Assembly (NCBI GenBank): GCA_030141605.1
Contig: JAQGDQ010000907.1
Coordinates: 1-64,000 of the forward strand
Direction of reading: 5' to 3'
DNA: 64,000 bases
Source of the DNA: Tubiluchus corallicola
Lineage: Eukaryota > Animalia > Priapulida
Part shown: positions 10,467-20,710 of the stretch, one piece after another
Numbering within the stretch: position 1 is the stretch's first letter
Layout of the letters: each line of letters begins with the position of its first letter
Translations under genes and position numbers: made by a program
Notes under the pieces: generated by a model
Told to the model about the DNA's origin: nothing
What the model saw: only the letters and a program-made list of their open reading frames with translations
The model's database searches: none

Positions 10467-10487
10467 AAATAGATATAAAAAAGGATT

Positions 10488-11324
10488 ATGAGAGTTGTAA
10501 TGCCCAATAAAGTGTGTAGTGATGCTGCTGGATTTAGAAGTCTTGTTAATATATACTCCAGGACAGCAAAAGTAGAGGGTAGCAGTGTCGTTTTCGATTT
10601 TGCCCACTGCTTATGGTTTGAGGCGAACTTATGTGCAGTGCTGGGGGCGGTTTGTCATAAGATAACTCGAAATATCAATAACCTGGAGTTTATAAACCTG
10701 AAGTCTCCGGTTGAAGGTATTTTTCGGAAGAATGAATTTCTTCGGCATTTTGGAGGGAAAGGCTTTAGAGACAAGAGTAAGACTATTAAGTATCGAAGAT
10801 ACAGACATGAGGAGCACTCTCTCCTGGTAAAATATCTTGATGAAGATGTTTTGTCTGAAAAAAGCTTATCCAGTATGTCAGGCGAGCTGAAAAAAAGGAT
10901 TACAGAGAGTATTCTTGAGATATTTGAAAACTCCGTATATCATGGGGAGGGAGAGTATGTTTTTACCTGTGGACAATATTTTCCTCACAAAGATCCCCCA
11001 AGGATGGATTTTACAGTTGTGGATATGGGTAAAGGCATTAAAGCCAGTGTGAATGATCACTTGAAAGAGATGCTAAGTGGTGCTGAGTCGATAAAGTGGG
11101 CAGTGGGGAAAAAGAGTACTACTAAAAGTGGGGATATTCCCGGAGGCCTGGGGCTAGAACTGGTAAGAGAGTTCATAAAGCTTAATAAGGGGGAGCTGCA
11201 GGTTGTCTCCTCGGACGGTTTTTGGCAACAGGGGAAGCGGGGAAATATATCTGTAAAGCCCTTAGGTCTTGAATTCCACGGTACAATTGTAAATCTGGAA
11301 TTTAATATAGCAGGCAAGGAGTAA
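10488..11324 (+). CDS. GHKL/HATPase-like ATP-binding protein with an N-terminal STAS-like region
   Basis: N-box EIFENSVYHG, G1 box VDMGKGI, GGLGL and C-terminal HGTIVNLEF. Confidence 0.75.
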   Translation: MRVVMPNKVCSDAAGFRSLVNIYSRTAKVEGSSVVFDFAHCLWFEANLCAVLGAVCHKITRNINNLEFINLKSPVEGIFRKNEFLRHFGGKGFRDKSKTIKYRRYRHEEHSLLVKYLDEDVLSEKSLSSMSGELKKRITESILEIFENSVYHGEGEYVFTCGQYFPHKDPPRMDFTVVDMGKGIKASVNDHLKEMLSGAESIKWAVGKKSTTKSGDIPGGLGLELVREFIKLNKGELQVVSSDGFWQQGKRGNISVKPLGLEFHGTIVNLEFNIAGKE

Positions 11325-11411
11325 TACATTGAAAAAGGGGGTGAAATTGGGTTGAGAGAGTAGGCGGTTTGTCGGTATAAGAAAGCGATAAAATAGGTAA
11401 TAGAGGCTATT

Positions 11412-11759
11412 ATGAATGAGATTAATGTAAATATATTTGAAATTGTTGGCTCTAGTGCGGCCACCTCTTTCGAGGCGGGGCAGAAAGTGTTTTTTAGCGT
11501 AGACAAGGTGTTCTCTCAAAACTGTATAGCAGTCTTGGACTTTTCAAATGTAAAGCTTCTTACGCCTGCTTTTTTAAATGCTGCAATAGGACAGTTTTAC
11601 TGCAAGTATTCTCATAATGAGGTGTATCAAAAACTCAGGCTTTCCAGCATTTCACGGCAGGACAGGCGATTGGTAAGAAGTGTAATAGCCAGGGCAAAGG
11701 AGTATGTGTGCGATAAAAGGGGCTTAGATACAGCTAGAAAATACTCCCCGACCATGTAG
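11412..11759 (+). CDS. STAS-like domain protein (DUF4325-like)
   Basis: VLDFSNVKLLTPAFLNAAIGQFY motif; follows the HATPase-like gene. Confidence 0.75.
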   Translation: MNEINVNIFEIVGSSAATSFEAGQKVFFSVDKVFSQNCIAVLDFSNVKLLTPAFLNAAIGQFYCKYSHNEVYQKLRLSSISRQDRRLVRSVIARAKEYVCDKRGLDTARKYSPTM

Positions 11760-11773
11760 TTCACTAATCTTGT

Positions 11774-12442
11774 TTATCCTTTAGAGTTGTTTTCATTAAT
11801 AATTTGATTCAGAAGCCTGTTTAGCGGATATAGTACTTTGAATGATTTTGCCACTTCTTCCAGCAGTTTCTCTGATAGCACTTCGCTATCAGACAGGCTT
11901 CTTCCGAACGCATATGAGCGATTTCTCAATAAGTCAATGTGCTCCCAGTCTTTAGGGTAGCCACGCGGCGCTGTTTTTAGCTTGTCGAAGTGAGTGTCGG
12001 GAAATGTGTTACGGAAAGCTTTATTGTTTGTTATGCTTATATACTCCTGAGGGGATTTGAATATTCCCTTTCTTATTGCATTAAGATGATTGGGGGGAGG
12101 CATGTAGACACCTCCTCCAGCAAAAGATGCATTAGGTTGGATATGTAGATAGTATCCAGCAAGTCCACTTTTCCTGCCACCACTGACTATATGGCTGCCA
12201 AAGTTAACTTTGTACGGCCGCTTGTCTTTAGAAAAACGGACATCTCTGAATATTCTAAACATGCAGTTTTTAGGCTCTAGCAAAGGTATCTCATCATCGA
12301 TTTCACGCACTTCAGTGATCAACAAGTTTGTAAAAGCAAGAAATTTTTCACGAGCCTCCTGGTACCTATCTCTGTTTTCATCAAACCACTCGCGGTTGTT
12401 ATTTTTTTCTAAGTCGGATAAAAAGTTAAGTATCTGTTTCAT
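11774..12442 (-). CDS. DUF2461 (TIGR02453) family protein
   Basis: NNNREWF, FRIFRDVRFSKDKRPYK and LKTAPRGYPKD. Confidence 0.9.
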   Translation of the reverse strand: MKQILNFLSDLEKNNNREWFDENRDRYQEAREKFLAFTNLLITEVREIDDEIPLLEPKNCMFRIFRDVRFSKDKRPYKVNFGSHIVSGGRKSGLAGYYLHIQPNASFAGGGVYMPPPNHLNAIRKGIFKSPQEYISITNNKAFRNTFPDTHFDKLKTAPRGYPKDWEHIDLLRNRSYAFGRSLSDSEVLSEKLLEEVAKSFKVLYPLNRLLNQIINENNSKG

Positions 12443-12462
12443 TATCTTGGATATTAGGTTTT

Positions 12463-12582
12463 AAGCCCTTTGCAAAACATTAGTGTTCTTGACAAAATCT
12501 CCATCTATGTCATCAGTAGACTGTGGCTTCCTATCAAATTTTCTTCAAATCTGAATCAAAATATTTGTCTTGTAAAGGTCTC
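12463..12582. repeat. Degenerate intergenic MITE-like repeat copy
   Basis: AAGCCCTTTGCAAAA...CATCAGTAGACTG...TATCAAATTTTCTTCA...CTGAATCAAAA...TTGTAAAGGTCTC. Confidence 0.7.
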
Positions 12583-12651
12583 ATTTCTTGTGCTAAATGT
12601 TTGGCTAATATAATAAATAAAGGAGTAAAGAAAGAGTTTGCACTAACCCTT

Positions 12652-13944
12652 TTATGTCACGACTAAGAGGAAATAGTTTTTCTTTCCTTTTTGTATTAAT
12701 ATATACTTGTCACCTATTAATCGGTTGCATTCAATTACAATTTCGGCACTTTCCAATCTTGCTTTGTTGATGCTTACTCCACCTCCTTTTATGGTTCTGC
12801 ATAATTCTCCTTTAGATGGAAATACTTCTGCCTTTTCTGTGAGTAGTTCAACTACATTGATTCCAGGAGTAAGTTCTTTTCTTGATATGTTAAATTGAGG
12901 TACTCCGTCAAATACGGAGAGAAAGGTGTTTTCATCGAGCTTTCTCAGAGTCTCCTCTGTGCCTTTGCCAAATAGAATTTGAGAGGCTTCTAAAGCAGTG
13001 TTATAGTTGTCCTCTGAGTGCACCATACATGTTATCTCTTTTGCCAGTTTTTTTTGCAATAGGCGGATATGGGGAGCTGTCTGGTGCTCTTCTATCAATT
13101 TATCAATTTCTGTTTTTGATAGTAGCGTAAATATTTTAATATATTTTTCAGCGTCTTTGTCTGAAGTGTTTAACCAAAACTGATAGAAGGAGTATGGAGA
13201 TGTTTTCTTTGGGTCGAGCCATACATTACCAGATTCTGTTTTTCCAAATTTGCTTCCGTCTGACTTTGTAATTAGCGGGCAGGTTAGGGCAAATGCCTCT
13301 TCTCCAAGTTTGCGGCGAATCAGTTCTGTGCCGGTAGTCATATTACCCCACTGATCGGAGCCTCCCATTTGCAGCTTACACCCTTTTTCTAGGTAGAGGT
13401 GTAAGAAGTCAGTGCCCTGCACCAGTTGATATGTAAATTCGGTAAACGACATTCCTAGTTTACTTCCAGCTCCAATTCTTTTTTTGACAGATTCCTTAGA
13501 GATCATGTAGTTAACCGTAATGTGCTTGCCTATGTCACGAATAAAGTTGAGAAATCCAAAGTCTCTCATCCAGTCATAGTTATTTACCACTTCTGCAGCA
13601 TTTCTACCTGAAGATTTAAAGTCTAAGAACTTCGACAGCTGTTTTTTTAAGCACTCTTGATTATGTCTGACGGTTTTTTCATCTATGAGGTTCCTCTCTT
13701 GTGATTTACCTGATGGGTCACCTATCATTGCGGTGGCTCCACCAACAAGTACAATAGGTTTGTGTCCAGCAAACTGAAAATGCTTTAGCATCATTACCCC
13801 TACCAGGTGTCCGATGTGTAAAGAGTCTGCTGTGGGGTCAATTCCGACATACGCTGTTGAAACCTCTTTTTTTAATTGTTCTTCAGTGCCGGGTGTCATA
13901 TCGTGTATCATACCCCTCCACTTCAGTTCCTCAACAAAGTTCAT
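12652..13944 (-). CDS. tyrS: Tyrosine--tRNA ligase
   Basis: [28 protein letters not shown] and a C-terminal S4-like domain. Start placed at [11 protein letters not shown]. Confidence 0.97.
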   Translation of the reverse strand: MNFVEELKWRGMIHDMTPGTEEQLKKEVSTAYVGIDPTADSLHIGHLVGVMMLKHFQFAGHKPIVLVGGATAMIGDPSGKSQERNLIDEKTVRHNQECLKKQLSKFLDFKSSGRNAAEVVNNYDWMRDFGFLNFIRDIGKHITVNYMISKESVKKRIGAGSKLGMSFTEFTYQLVQGTDFLHLYLEKGCKLQMGGSDQWGNMTTGTELIRRKLGEEAFALTCPLITKSDGSKFGKTESGNVWLDPKKTSPYSFYQFWLNTSDKDAEKYIKIFTLLSKTEIDKLIEEHQTAPHIRLLQKKLAKEITCMVHSEDNYNTALEASQILFGKGTEETLRKLDENTFLSVFDGVPQFNISRKELTPGINVVELLTEKAEVFPSKGELCRTIKGGGVSINKARLESAEIVIECNRLIGDKYILIQKGKKNYFLLVVT

Positions 13945-13978
13945 ATACTTAAAATTTTCACGCAAAGGTATAAAAAAG

Positions 13979-14500
13979 TTACACGCTCTTCTTTTTTATG
14001 ACTTGGGACTGATTCTTTTTTAAGTAGGATATGGTGAGAATATTGGGTGCAAAGTTACGAATTGGGTTGTATAGCACTGATTTCTGTGCTGATCTTTCTG
14101 GTATTATTTCACATGTAAACGGCTCTATTTTTTCAATAATTATTAAAATAATACTTAGAAAAAATGCGGTTTTTACAACTCCTATTATAAGGCCTGCCAG
14201 TCGGGCCAGCATGCCTAGCGCAATAGCTTTAAATAAGCGGTCTGCAAGCCGTGCTGCGATGTGAGTCAAGACAACAACAGCAATGAATGTTAGAGCAAAA
14301 GATATTACCCCCATGTATTCTGTATCCCAGTCTGTCTTTTGAGATATCCATTCTCCAACCTGTTTGGAAAAAACAACACTCACCCATATTCCCAAAACCA
14401 GTGCTGCTACAGAAGCAACTTCTACGAACATACCTCTCTTTAACCCTCTAACTGCAGCAAGAAAAAGGAGTATTCCTAATATGATATCTATTATATTCAT
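13979..14500 (-). CDS. cvpA: CvpA family membrane protein
   Basis: MNIIDIIL...GLKRGMFVE, four hydrophobic segments and the S.LY motif. Confidence 0.85.
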   Translation of the reverse strand: MNIIDIILGILLFLAAVRGLKRGMFVEVASVAALVLGIWVSVVFSKQVGEWISQKTDWDTEYMGVISFALTFIAVVVLTHIAARLADRLFKAIALGMLARLAGLIIGVVKTAFFLSIILIIIEKIEPFTCEIIPERSAQKSVLYNPIRNFAPNILTISYLKKNQSQVIKKKSV

Positions 14501-14611
14501 CGTTTTATTTCACTGCTCTTTTTTTGTGCGTTTATCAGTTTATTTTAAGACTGAAAGAAGCTTTCAGCTAAGATGCAAATGTACAAAGAACTTGTCAAAA
14601 CTTATAATATA

Positions 14612-14728
14612 GAGAGCTTTGCGGGGCGAAAGATGCTGGTTTGGATTAGAAATGATTTGATATAGAACTGCCTGAACAAGTGTTTTGGCGAAAATATTAA
14701 TAGAAGAGCGAGCTTCGCAAAAGGCCTT
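14612..14728. repeat. Degenerate intergenic MITE-like repeat copy
   Basis: GAGAGCTTTGCGGGGCGAAAG...TTTTGGCGAAAATATTAATAG...TTCGCAAAAGGCCTT. Confidence 0.65.
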
Positions 14729-14828
14729 GAAACTTGTTGTGTTTAGCGTGTTGTCCCATAAATTATTGCTATTTTTGCGGAAACTTGTTGTCTGCGTTGA
14801 ACTTCTCACGGGAGTTATTAAATAAAAT

Positions 14829-16298
14829 ATGGAAAAGTTGGAAAAATATTTTGAGCAGTTCAGAAATAATATTATAGGAATAGAACAGAGCTTTTTATCT
14901 CCATACGGGGAAAAGAAAATAGTGTATGCAGATTGGATCGCGAGTGGGAGGCTATATCGTCCTATAGAGGAGAAAATATCGAATACTTTTGGCCCGTATG
15001 TGGCAAATACACATACAGAAACAAGTGAGTCTGGTATATTAATGACAGAGGCTTACCGTCGGTCTCATCATATAATAAAGAAGCATGTTAATGCTGGCCC
15101 TAATGATGTGATAATTACTGCTGGTTTTGGTATGACGGCTGTAATTAATAAGTTTCAGCGAATACTCGGGTTAAAATATTGTGGAGAGATATCGCACTCC
15201 AGCTGTTATAAGAAGCATACCAGGCCTGTTGTGTTTATTACGCATATGGAGCACCATTCCAATCATACTTCGTGGTATGAGACCAGTGCAGAAGTCGTTA
15301 TTGTTCCTCCCGGTAAAGATTTGTCTGTTGATCCGGAAAATCTGCGAAAGAAGTTGGAGGAGTATAAGGACAGAGATCTGAAAATAGGCTCATTCACTGC
15401 ATGTTCAAATGTTACGGGCGTATGTACGCCATATTATGAGATGGCAAGAGTAATGCATGAGCATGGAGGTGTCTGTTTTATTGATTTTGCGGCTTCTGCT
15501 CCGTATGAAAAAATAGATATGCATCCTAAGGATCCAATGTCCAAGTTGGATGCAGTTATGTTCTCTCCACACAAGTTTCTTGGAGGTCCTGGTTCATCAG
15601 GGGTTTTGATCTTTGATGCTTCAATTTATCGCAATCCTGTGCCTGACAACCCTGGAGGAGGAACTGTTGACTGGACAAATCCGTGGGGCAAGTACAAGTA
15701 TATTGATAGTATTGAGGAGAGAGAGGATGGGGGTACACCCGGATTTCTTCAAGCTATAAAAACAGCTTTGAGTTGTGAGCTTAAGGACAAGATGGGGGTT
15801 GAAAATATAATTAAGAGGGAGAAGCAACTTCTGCAACTTGCATTTGAAGGGCTGGATCAATTGGACGGGGTACATATATTGGCCGATAATATGAGAAACA
15901 GGTTCGGCATTATCTCATTTTATGTACTGGGGCTGCACTACAATCTTATTGTTAAACTGCTTAATGATCTGTATGGAATACAGCTAAGAGGTGGCTGTGC
16001 ATGTGCAGGTACTTATGGGCACTATCTGCTTGAGGTGAGCTATGAAAGGTCAAAGGAGATAACGAAACGAATAGACCACGGAGATCTTTCTGCAAAGCCG
16101 GGGTGGGTAAGATGGTCATTACACCCTACAACAACAGAAGAGGAGGTGGTTTATTTTGTTCATGCCCTTAGGGATATAGTAGAGAATACTTCCAAGTATG
16201 AAAAGGATTACGAGTATTTGCCGAAAAAAAATATATATATCCACAAAAGAGAGAAAGAGAAGAAAGCAGTTGTTAATGGATGGTTTAAGTTTGATTAA
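14829..16298 (+). CDS. Class V PLP-dependent aminotransferase (cysteine desulfurase/selenocysteine lyase-like)
   Basis: YADWIASGR, MEHHSN, ACSNVTG, SPHKFLGGPG and RGGCACAG. Confidence 0.88.
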   Translation: MEKLEKYFEQFRNNIIGIEQSFLSPYGEKKIVYADWIASGRLYRPIEEKISNTFGPYVANTHTETSESGILMTEAYRRSHHIIKKHVNAGPNDVIITAGFGMTAVINKFQRILGLKYCGEISHSSCYKKHTRPVVFITHMEHHSNHTSWYETSAEVVIVPPGKDLSVDPENLRKKLEEYKDRDLKIGSFTACSNVTGVCTPYYEMARVMHEHGGVCFIDFAASAPYEKIDMHPKDPMSKLDAVMFSPHKFLGGPGSSGVLIFDASIYRNPVPDNPGGGTVDWTNPWGKYKYIDSIEEREDGGTPGFLQAIKTALSCELKDKMGVENIIKREKQLLQLAFEGLDQLDGVHILADNMRNRFGIISFYVLGLHYNLIVKLLNDLYGIQLRGGCACAGTYGHYLLEVSYERSKEITKRIDHGDLSAKPGWVRWSLHPTTTEEEVVYFVHALRDIVENTSKYEKDYEYLPKKNIYIHKREKEKKAVVNGWFKFD

Positions 16299-16449
16299 GC
16301 ATGTTGAACCCTTTGCAGTTATCAAGCCCCGGGTGTAGATTATTTTATTTGTTTACCGGGAGGTGCACAGGTGATGGATTGGAGTTTATACTTCCGGATA
16401 CTGCTTATCAGCAAAAGCGTTACACCCTTTAGGGGTATAATTCAGTAAG

Positions 16450-16911
16450 ATGACAGCCGGACAACAAAATATAAATATAAAAAACCGTAGGGCGAGGTTT
16501 GATTACGAGTTTATTGAAGAGTATACTGCGGGTATGGTATTGGTAGGGACCGAGATTAAGTCTATACGCGAAGGTAAAGCAGGCTTAGCAGATGCTTACT
16601 GTTATTTTGTGAATCGGGAGCTTTATGTTAAGAATCTCTATATTTCGGAGTACAGCTATGGCTCACATAATAACCATGAGCCGAGGTGTGAGAGGAAGTT
16701 GCTTCTAAATCGAAAGGAGCTTAGAAAGCTGGAGAGAAGCACTAGAGAGAAGGGCTTAACAATTATACCTATCAGGCTGTTTTTAAATACGAGGGGATTG
16801 GCTAAACTGAGAATTGCATTGGCACGTGGGAAGCGAAAGTATGATAAACGAGAGTCTATTAAGCAGAAAGACCACAAGAGAGAGATGGATCGTATGCGAA
16901 AACGACACTGA
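16450..16911 (+). CDS. smpB: SsrA-binding protein
   Basis: [23 protein letters not shown] and [11 protein letters not shown]. Confidence 0.97.
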   Translation: MTAGQQNINIKNRRARFDYEFIEEYTAGMVLVGTEIKSIREGKAGLADAYCYFVNRELYVKNLYISEYSYGSHNNHEPRCERKLLLNRKELRKLERSTREKGLTIIPIRLFLNTRGLAKLRIALARGKRKYDKRESIKQKDHKREMDRMRKRH

Positions 16912-16999
16912 TTGTTGACTTATGCAGCGTTTTTGCATAGGTAGGGTATGCGGTGCTAGGTTTTATGTAGAATTTTAACAGACAAACAAAAAAAGAGTA

Positions 17000-17302
17000 A
17001 TGATTAAGCATGTAGTTCTTTTTAAATTGAAAGAGTTTGCAACAAAAGCAGATAAAGAGAAAGCAAGAGACAGCATCAAAGCTGCATTATTGGGGCTAAA
17101 GGATAAAATAGAAGTTTTGAAGTATATAGAGGTAGGTATTCATTATGAGTTGGGCCCTTCTTCTTTTGATCTATGCCTTATAACTCATTTCGACACTATT
17201 GAAGATGTTGAAACTTATAGAGTTCATCCAAGCCATCAAGAAGTTGTTGCTATGGCCGGAAAGGTAGTAGCAGAGAGGGCTGCTGTCGATTTTGAATTTT
17301 AG
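17000..17302 (+). CDS. Dabb family (stress-responsive A/B barrel) protein
   Basis: MIKHVVLFKLK...YRVHPSH...AAVDF. Confidence 0.88.
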   Translation: MIKHVVLFKLKEFATKADKEKARDSIKAALLGLKDKIEVLKYIEVGIHYELGPSSFDLCLITHFDTIEDVETYRVHPSHQEVVAMAGKVVAERAAVDFEF

Positions 17303-17366
17303 CATGTTATACAGTGCATTATCAGTATTAGGCAATACCGGATAATTGCAGATACACATAAATTTA

Positions 17367-18350
17367 ATGAGTGATCTTTACCCGTTAAAGTTTAAACCGA
17401 TATACAAAGAGCGTATATGGGGTGGCAGCAAATTAAAGTCCCTTTTAAATAAGGATTTTTCTCCTTTGCGTAATTGTGGGGAGTCATGGGATATTTCAGG
17501 TATTCAGGAGAACCTGTCTGTTGTTTGTAATGGGTTTTTAAAAGATAACAATATTGAAGAGCTTATCGAGGTTTACATGGGTGACCTGGTAGGAGAGAAG
17601 GTTTATGAAAAATTTGGTATCGAGTTTCCTCTGTTAATAAAGTTTATTGATGCTAATGATGACTTATCCATTCAGGTTCATCCGGGAGATGAACTAGCAA
17701 AGGAGCAGCATAGTGCTTATGGAAAAACAGAAATGTGGTATGTCCTGCAGGCTGATGAAGGGGCAAGGCTTATATCGGGGTTTAATAGAGAGGTTGATGA
17801 GGACTTGTATTTACAGCATTTACAGGGTGGGACGTTTCGGGAATTGCTTAATGAAGAAGAGGTTAGTGCTGGGGATGCTTTTTTTATACCTGCAGGAAGA
17901 GTACATGCTGTGGGCAAAGGAATTGTTCTTGCAGAGATACAGCAAGTATCGGATGTTACATACAGAATAAATGATTTTGACCGTGTGGATAATAATGGAG
18001 AGCCGAGGGAGCTACACACAGAGCTGGCAAAGGAGGCAATTGACTACAGGGTTGAAAAAAATTACAGAGCCTGTTATCAGCACAAAAATAACAGGTCTTC
18101 GAATATTGTTAAATGCGAGTACTTTACGGTCAATGTTTTGAGTGTTTCCCGGCCTGTTGAGAAGAATTATAACCTGCTGGATTCTTTTGTTATTCATATA
18201 TGTTTGGAAGGGGATTACAATATAAGTTTTGGCAAGAGCCAGCAAGAGAGAGTAGGCAAAGGGGAGACGGCTCTTATCCCGGCTTCAATTGAGAATATTA
18301 CTGTCACACCTATAGGTGGTGCTGCGAAACTGCTTGAGGTGTATATTTAG
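17367..18350 (+). CDS. manA: Type I mannose-6-phosphate isomerase
   Basis: IWGG, FPLLIKFIDA, LSIQVHP, KTEMWY, PAGRVHA and EIQQ.SD.TYR. Confidence 0.9.
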   Translation: MSDLYPLKFKPIYKERIWGGSKLKSLLNKDFSPLRNCGESWDISGIQENLSVVCNGFLKDNNIEELIEVYMGDLVGEKVYEKFGIEFPLLIKFIDANDDLSIQVHPGDELAKEQHSAYGKTEMWYVLQADEGARLISGFNREVDEDLYLQHLQGGTFRELLNEEEVSAGDAFFIPAGRVHAVGKGIVLAEIQQVSDVTYRINDFDRVDNNGEPRELHTELAKEAIDYRVEKNYRACYQHKNNRSSNIVKCEYFTVNVLSVSRPVEKNYNLLDSFVIHICLEGDYNISFGKSQQERVGKGETALIPASIENITVTPIGGAAKLLEVYI

Positions 18351-18405
18351 CCGGTTAATGTTGCAGACAAACTACTTCTTGTAGAGTATTATAAAGACTT
18401 GAGAT

Positions 18406-18996
18406 ATGTTGATAAAGTCAGCTAAGTTTGTTGTGAGCAATACTGAGCCTTCTAAATGTCCGGCACCGGACAGGCCGGAGTATGCTTTTATTGGCCGGTC
18501 AAATGTAGGAAAGTCATCGCTGATAAATATGCTTACCAGCAATAAAAAGCTGGCAAAAACATCTTCTAGCCCGGGGAAAACAAGGTTGATAAACCACTTT
18601 CTTATTAATGGGGAGTGGTACTTGGTAGACCTTCCTGGTTATGGTTATGCAAAAGTGATGCGTAATGAGCGTAATAAGTGGTTGAGGTTTATACGTGAGT
18701 ATATGTTAACCCGACAGAACTTATACTGCGTTATGGTGTTGATTGATGTTCGTATTAAGCCACAAGACATTGATCTGGAGTTTATGAGCTGGCTGGGAAC
18801 TAGTATGATCCCATTTGTTATGGTGTTCACAAAAACTGACAAGATAAAAAACGCTCAGGTGAAAAAAAATATAGAGTTGTATAAGGAGGAAATGCTGAAG
18901 ACATGGGAGGAGATACCGCAGATTTTTATCACTTCTGCTGAGACGGGTAAAGGGAAGGAGGAGCTGTGTGATTTTATTGGTAGTATAAAGGCGTAA
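18406..18996 (+). CDS. engB: Ribosome biogenesis GTPase EngB/YihA
   Basis: GRSNVGKSSLIN, PGKT, VDLPGYGYA and TKTDK. Confidence 0.95.
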   Translation: MLIKSAKFVVSNTEPSKCPAPDRPEYAFIGRSNVGKSSLINMLTSNKKLAKTSSSPGKTRLINHFLINGEWYLVDLPGYGYAKVMRNERNKWLRFIREYMLTRQNLYCVMVLIDVRIKPQDIDLEFMSWLGTSMIPFVMVFTKTDKIKNAQVKKNIELYKEEMLKTWEEIPQIFITSAETGKGKEELCDFIGSIKA

Positions 18997-19052
18997 GAGA
19001 TGTTGCTGAGCAGCTGTTTATGTTTTTTGGGAGATGGTTAAATAGCTAGACA

Positions 19053-19496
19053 ATGATAGATATATATCAGGATGAGTATTTTATGAAGAAAGCACTGGAA
19101 GAGGCACAGCATGCTTTTGCCAAGGGAGAGGTGCCTGTAGGCGCTATTGTTGTTTGCCAAAATCGCATTATCGCCAGGGCGTTTAATTTGGTGGATACAC
19201 TTAATGATGCTACAGCTCATGCGGAGATGCAGGTGATTACTGCTGCGGCTAATTCTTTGGGGGGGAAGTATCTCAATGGTTGTGTGTTGTATGCTACTGT
19301 TGAGCCGTGTGTGATGTGTGCTGGCGCTTTGGGCTGGGCGCAAGTTAGCAGGTTGGTATATGGTGCAGGTGATGAGAAAAAAGGTTATACCCGGCTTGCA
19401 CCTGATGCTTTACATCCAAAAACAGAGGTGTCAAAAGGAGTACTGGAAAGTGAGTGTTCACAGTTAATGAAGGCGTTTTTTATGCAAAAACGATAA
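19053..19496 (+). CDS. tadA: tRNA adenosine deaminase-like nucleoside deaminase
   Basis: GEVPVGA, TAHAEM and EPCVMC. Confidence 0.88.
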   Translation: MIDIYQDEYFMKKALEEAQHAFAKGEVPVGAIVVCQNRIIARAFNLVDTLNDATAHAEMQVITAAANSLGGKYLNGCVLYATVEPCVMCAGALGWAQVSRLVYGAGDEKKGYTRLAPDALHPKTEVSKGVLESECSQLMKAFFMQKR

Positions 19497-19699
19497 AGAT
19501 CCTTCTTTTTTAAGTGGTTTTGGTAGAGGTGTTTATGCTGAGTTGCGGACAGTTATTCCTTTGTTGTATCATGCAGCTTGCCGATGTTGGAGATGCTTTT
19601 CTGAACACACATCTCTGTTAGAGTTAGAAAACTTCCGATTTTTTTTGCAAGAACGCCAAAAATGATTAATATAGTGCAAATTACTTAGTAAAGTGTATT

Positions 19700-20698
19700 A
19701 TGAAGAGAGTTGCAGTAGTAGGCTTTGGTTTTATGGGAATGACACACTCTAAGAGTATCCTCAAGAGCAATAATTTGCAACTGGTCGCTATTGTTGATAA
19801 GGAGACGGGAGGAATTGGAGAGAAGCTTAGGTCTGATAGCGGTAATTTTTCTACAGGAGATATTGATCCTGCGTTAATACGTGGTATCAGAGAGTATTCT
19901 GACTTAAGCGACTGCCTGAGCAGTGAAGAGTTGGACGCTGTGCATATATGTGTACACACCAATCTTCACTACAGCATGGCGAAGATGGCGTTGGAAAGTG
20001 GCAAGCATGTTTTCCTAGAAAAACCAATTTGTTTGAATATTGGGCATGGGGAGGAGTTGGTGCAGATGGCAAAAGGGAGCGGCTTGGTGCTAATGGTTGC
20101 TCATGTTGTGCGTTTTATGCCACCTTACCAAAAGCTGAAAAAATGGGTTGATAGTCGGGAGTTTGGGGAGTTGAAATTTTTGTCACTATCTAGGTTTTCG
20201 GGAGTTCCTTCGTGGGGAGAATGGAGAGAGAGACAAGCCGATTTTGGCTCTTCTGGAGGGGCTCTTTTTGACTTGGCTATCCATGATATAGATTTTGCAA
20301 GCTATCTGCTTGGAAAGCCTAAAAGTATAAGGAGCAACTGCTTACCCGGGAGGTTGAGCAATTACGACTATGTAAGTGCAATGTGGGAATATCAGGACAG
20401 TGACCTTATCGTGAAGGTTGAAGGAGGGAATATCTTACATTCAAGCTTCCCTTTTCAGGCGGGGTTTGTGGCCAGATTTGAGAATGCCAGCGTACAGTAC
20501 ACAACCTTTCAGCCTGATGTTATTCAGGTAGCCACAGATGATGGTATAACAGAGGTTGAGGCAGGGAATGCAGAAGATGGCTTTTATAACGAGGTAGCCT
20601 ATTTTGCAGACTGCATCGAAGATGGCAAGGAGCCAAAAGAGTGTATGCCGGAGTCGTCTTTACAGACAATACGATTGTGTTATGACCATATACATTAA
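19700..20698 (+). CDS. Gfo/Idh/MocA family oxidoreductase
   Basis: VVGFGFMG, GKHVFLEKP and GGALFDLAIHDID. Confidence 0.92.
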   Translation: MKRVAVVGFGFMGMTHSKSILKSNNLQLVAIVDKETGGIGEKLRSDSGNFSTGDIDPALIRGIREYSDLSDCLSSEELDAVHICVHTNLHYSMAKMALESGKHVFLEKPICLNIGHGEELVQMAKGSGLVLMVAHVVRFMPPYQKLKKWVDSREFGELKFLSLSRFSGVPSWGEWRERQADFGSSGGALFDLAIHDIDFASYLLGKPKSIRSNCLPGRLSNYDYVSAMWEYQDSDLIVKVEGGNILHSSFPFQAGFVARFENASVQYTTFQPDVIQVATDDGITEVEAGNAEDGFYNEVAYFADCIEDGKEPKECMPESSLQTIRLCYDHIH

Positions 20699-20710
20699 AC
20701 AAGACTTAAG

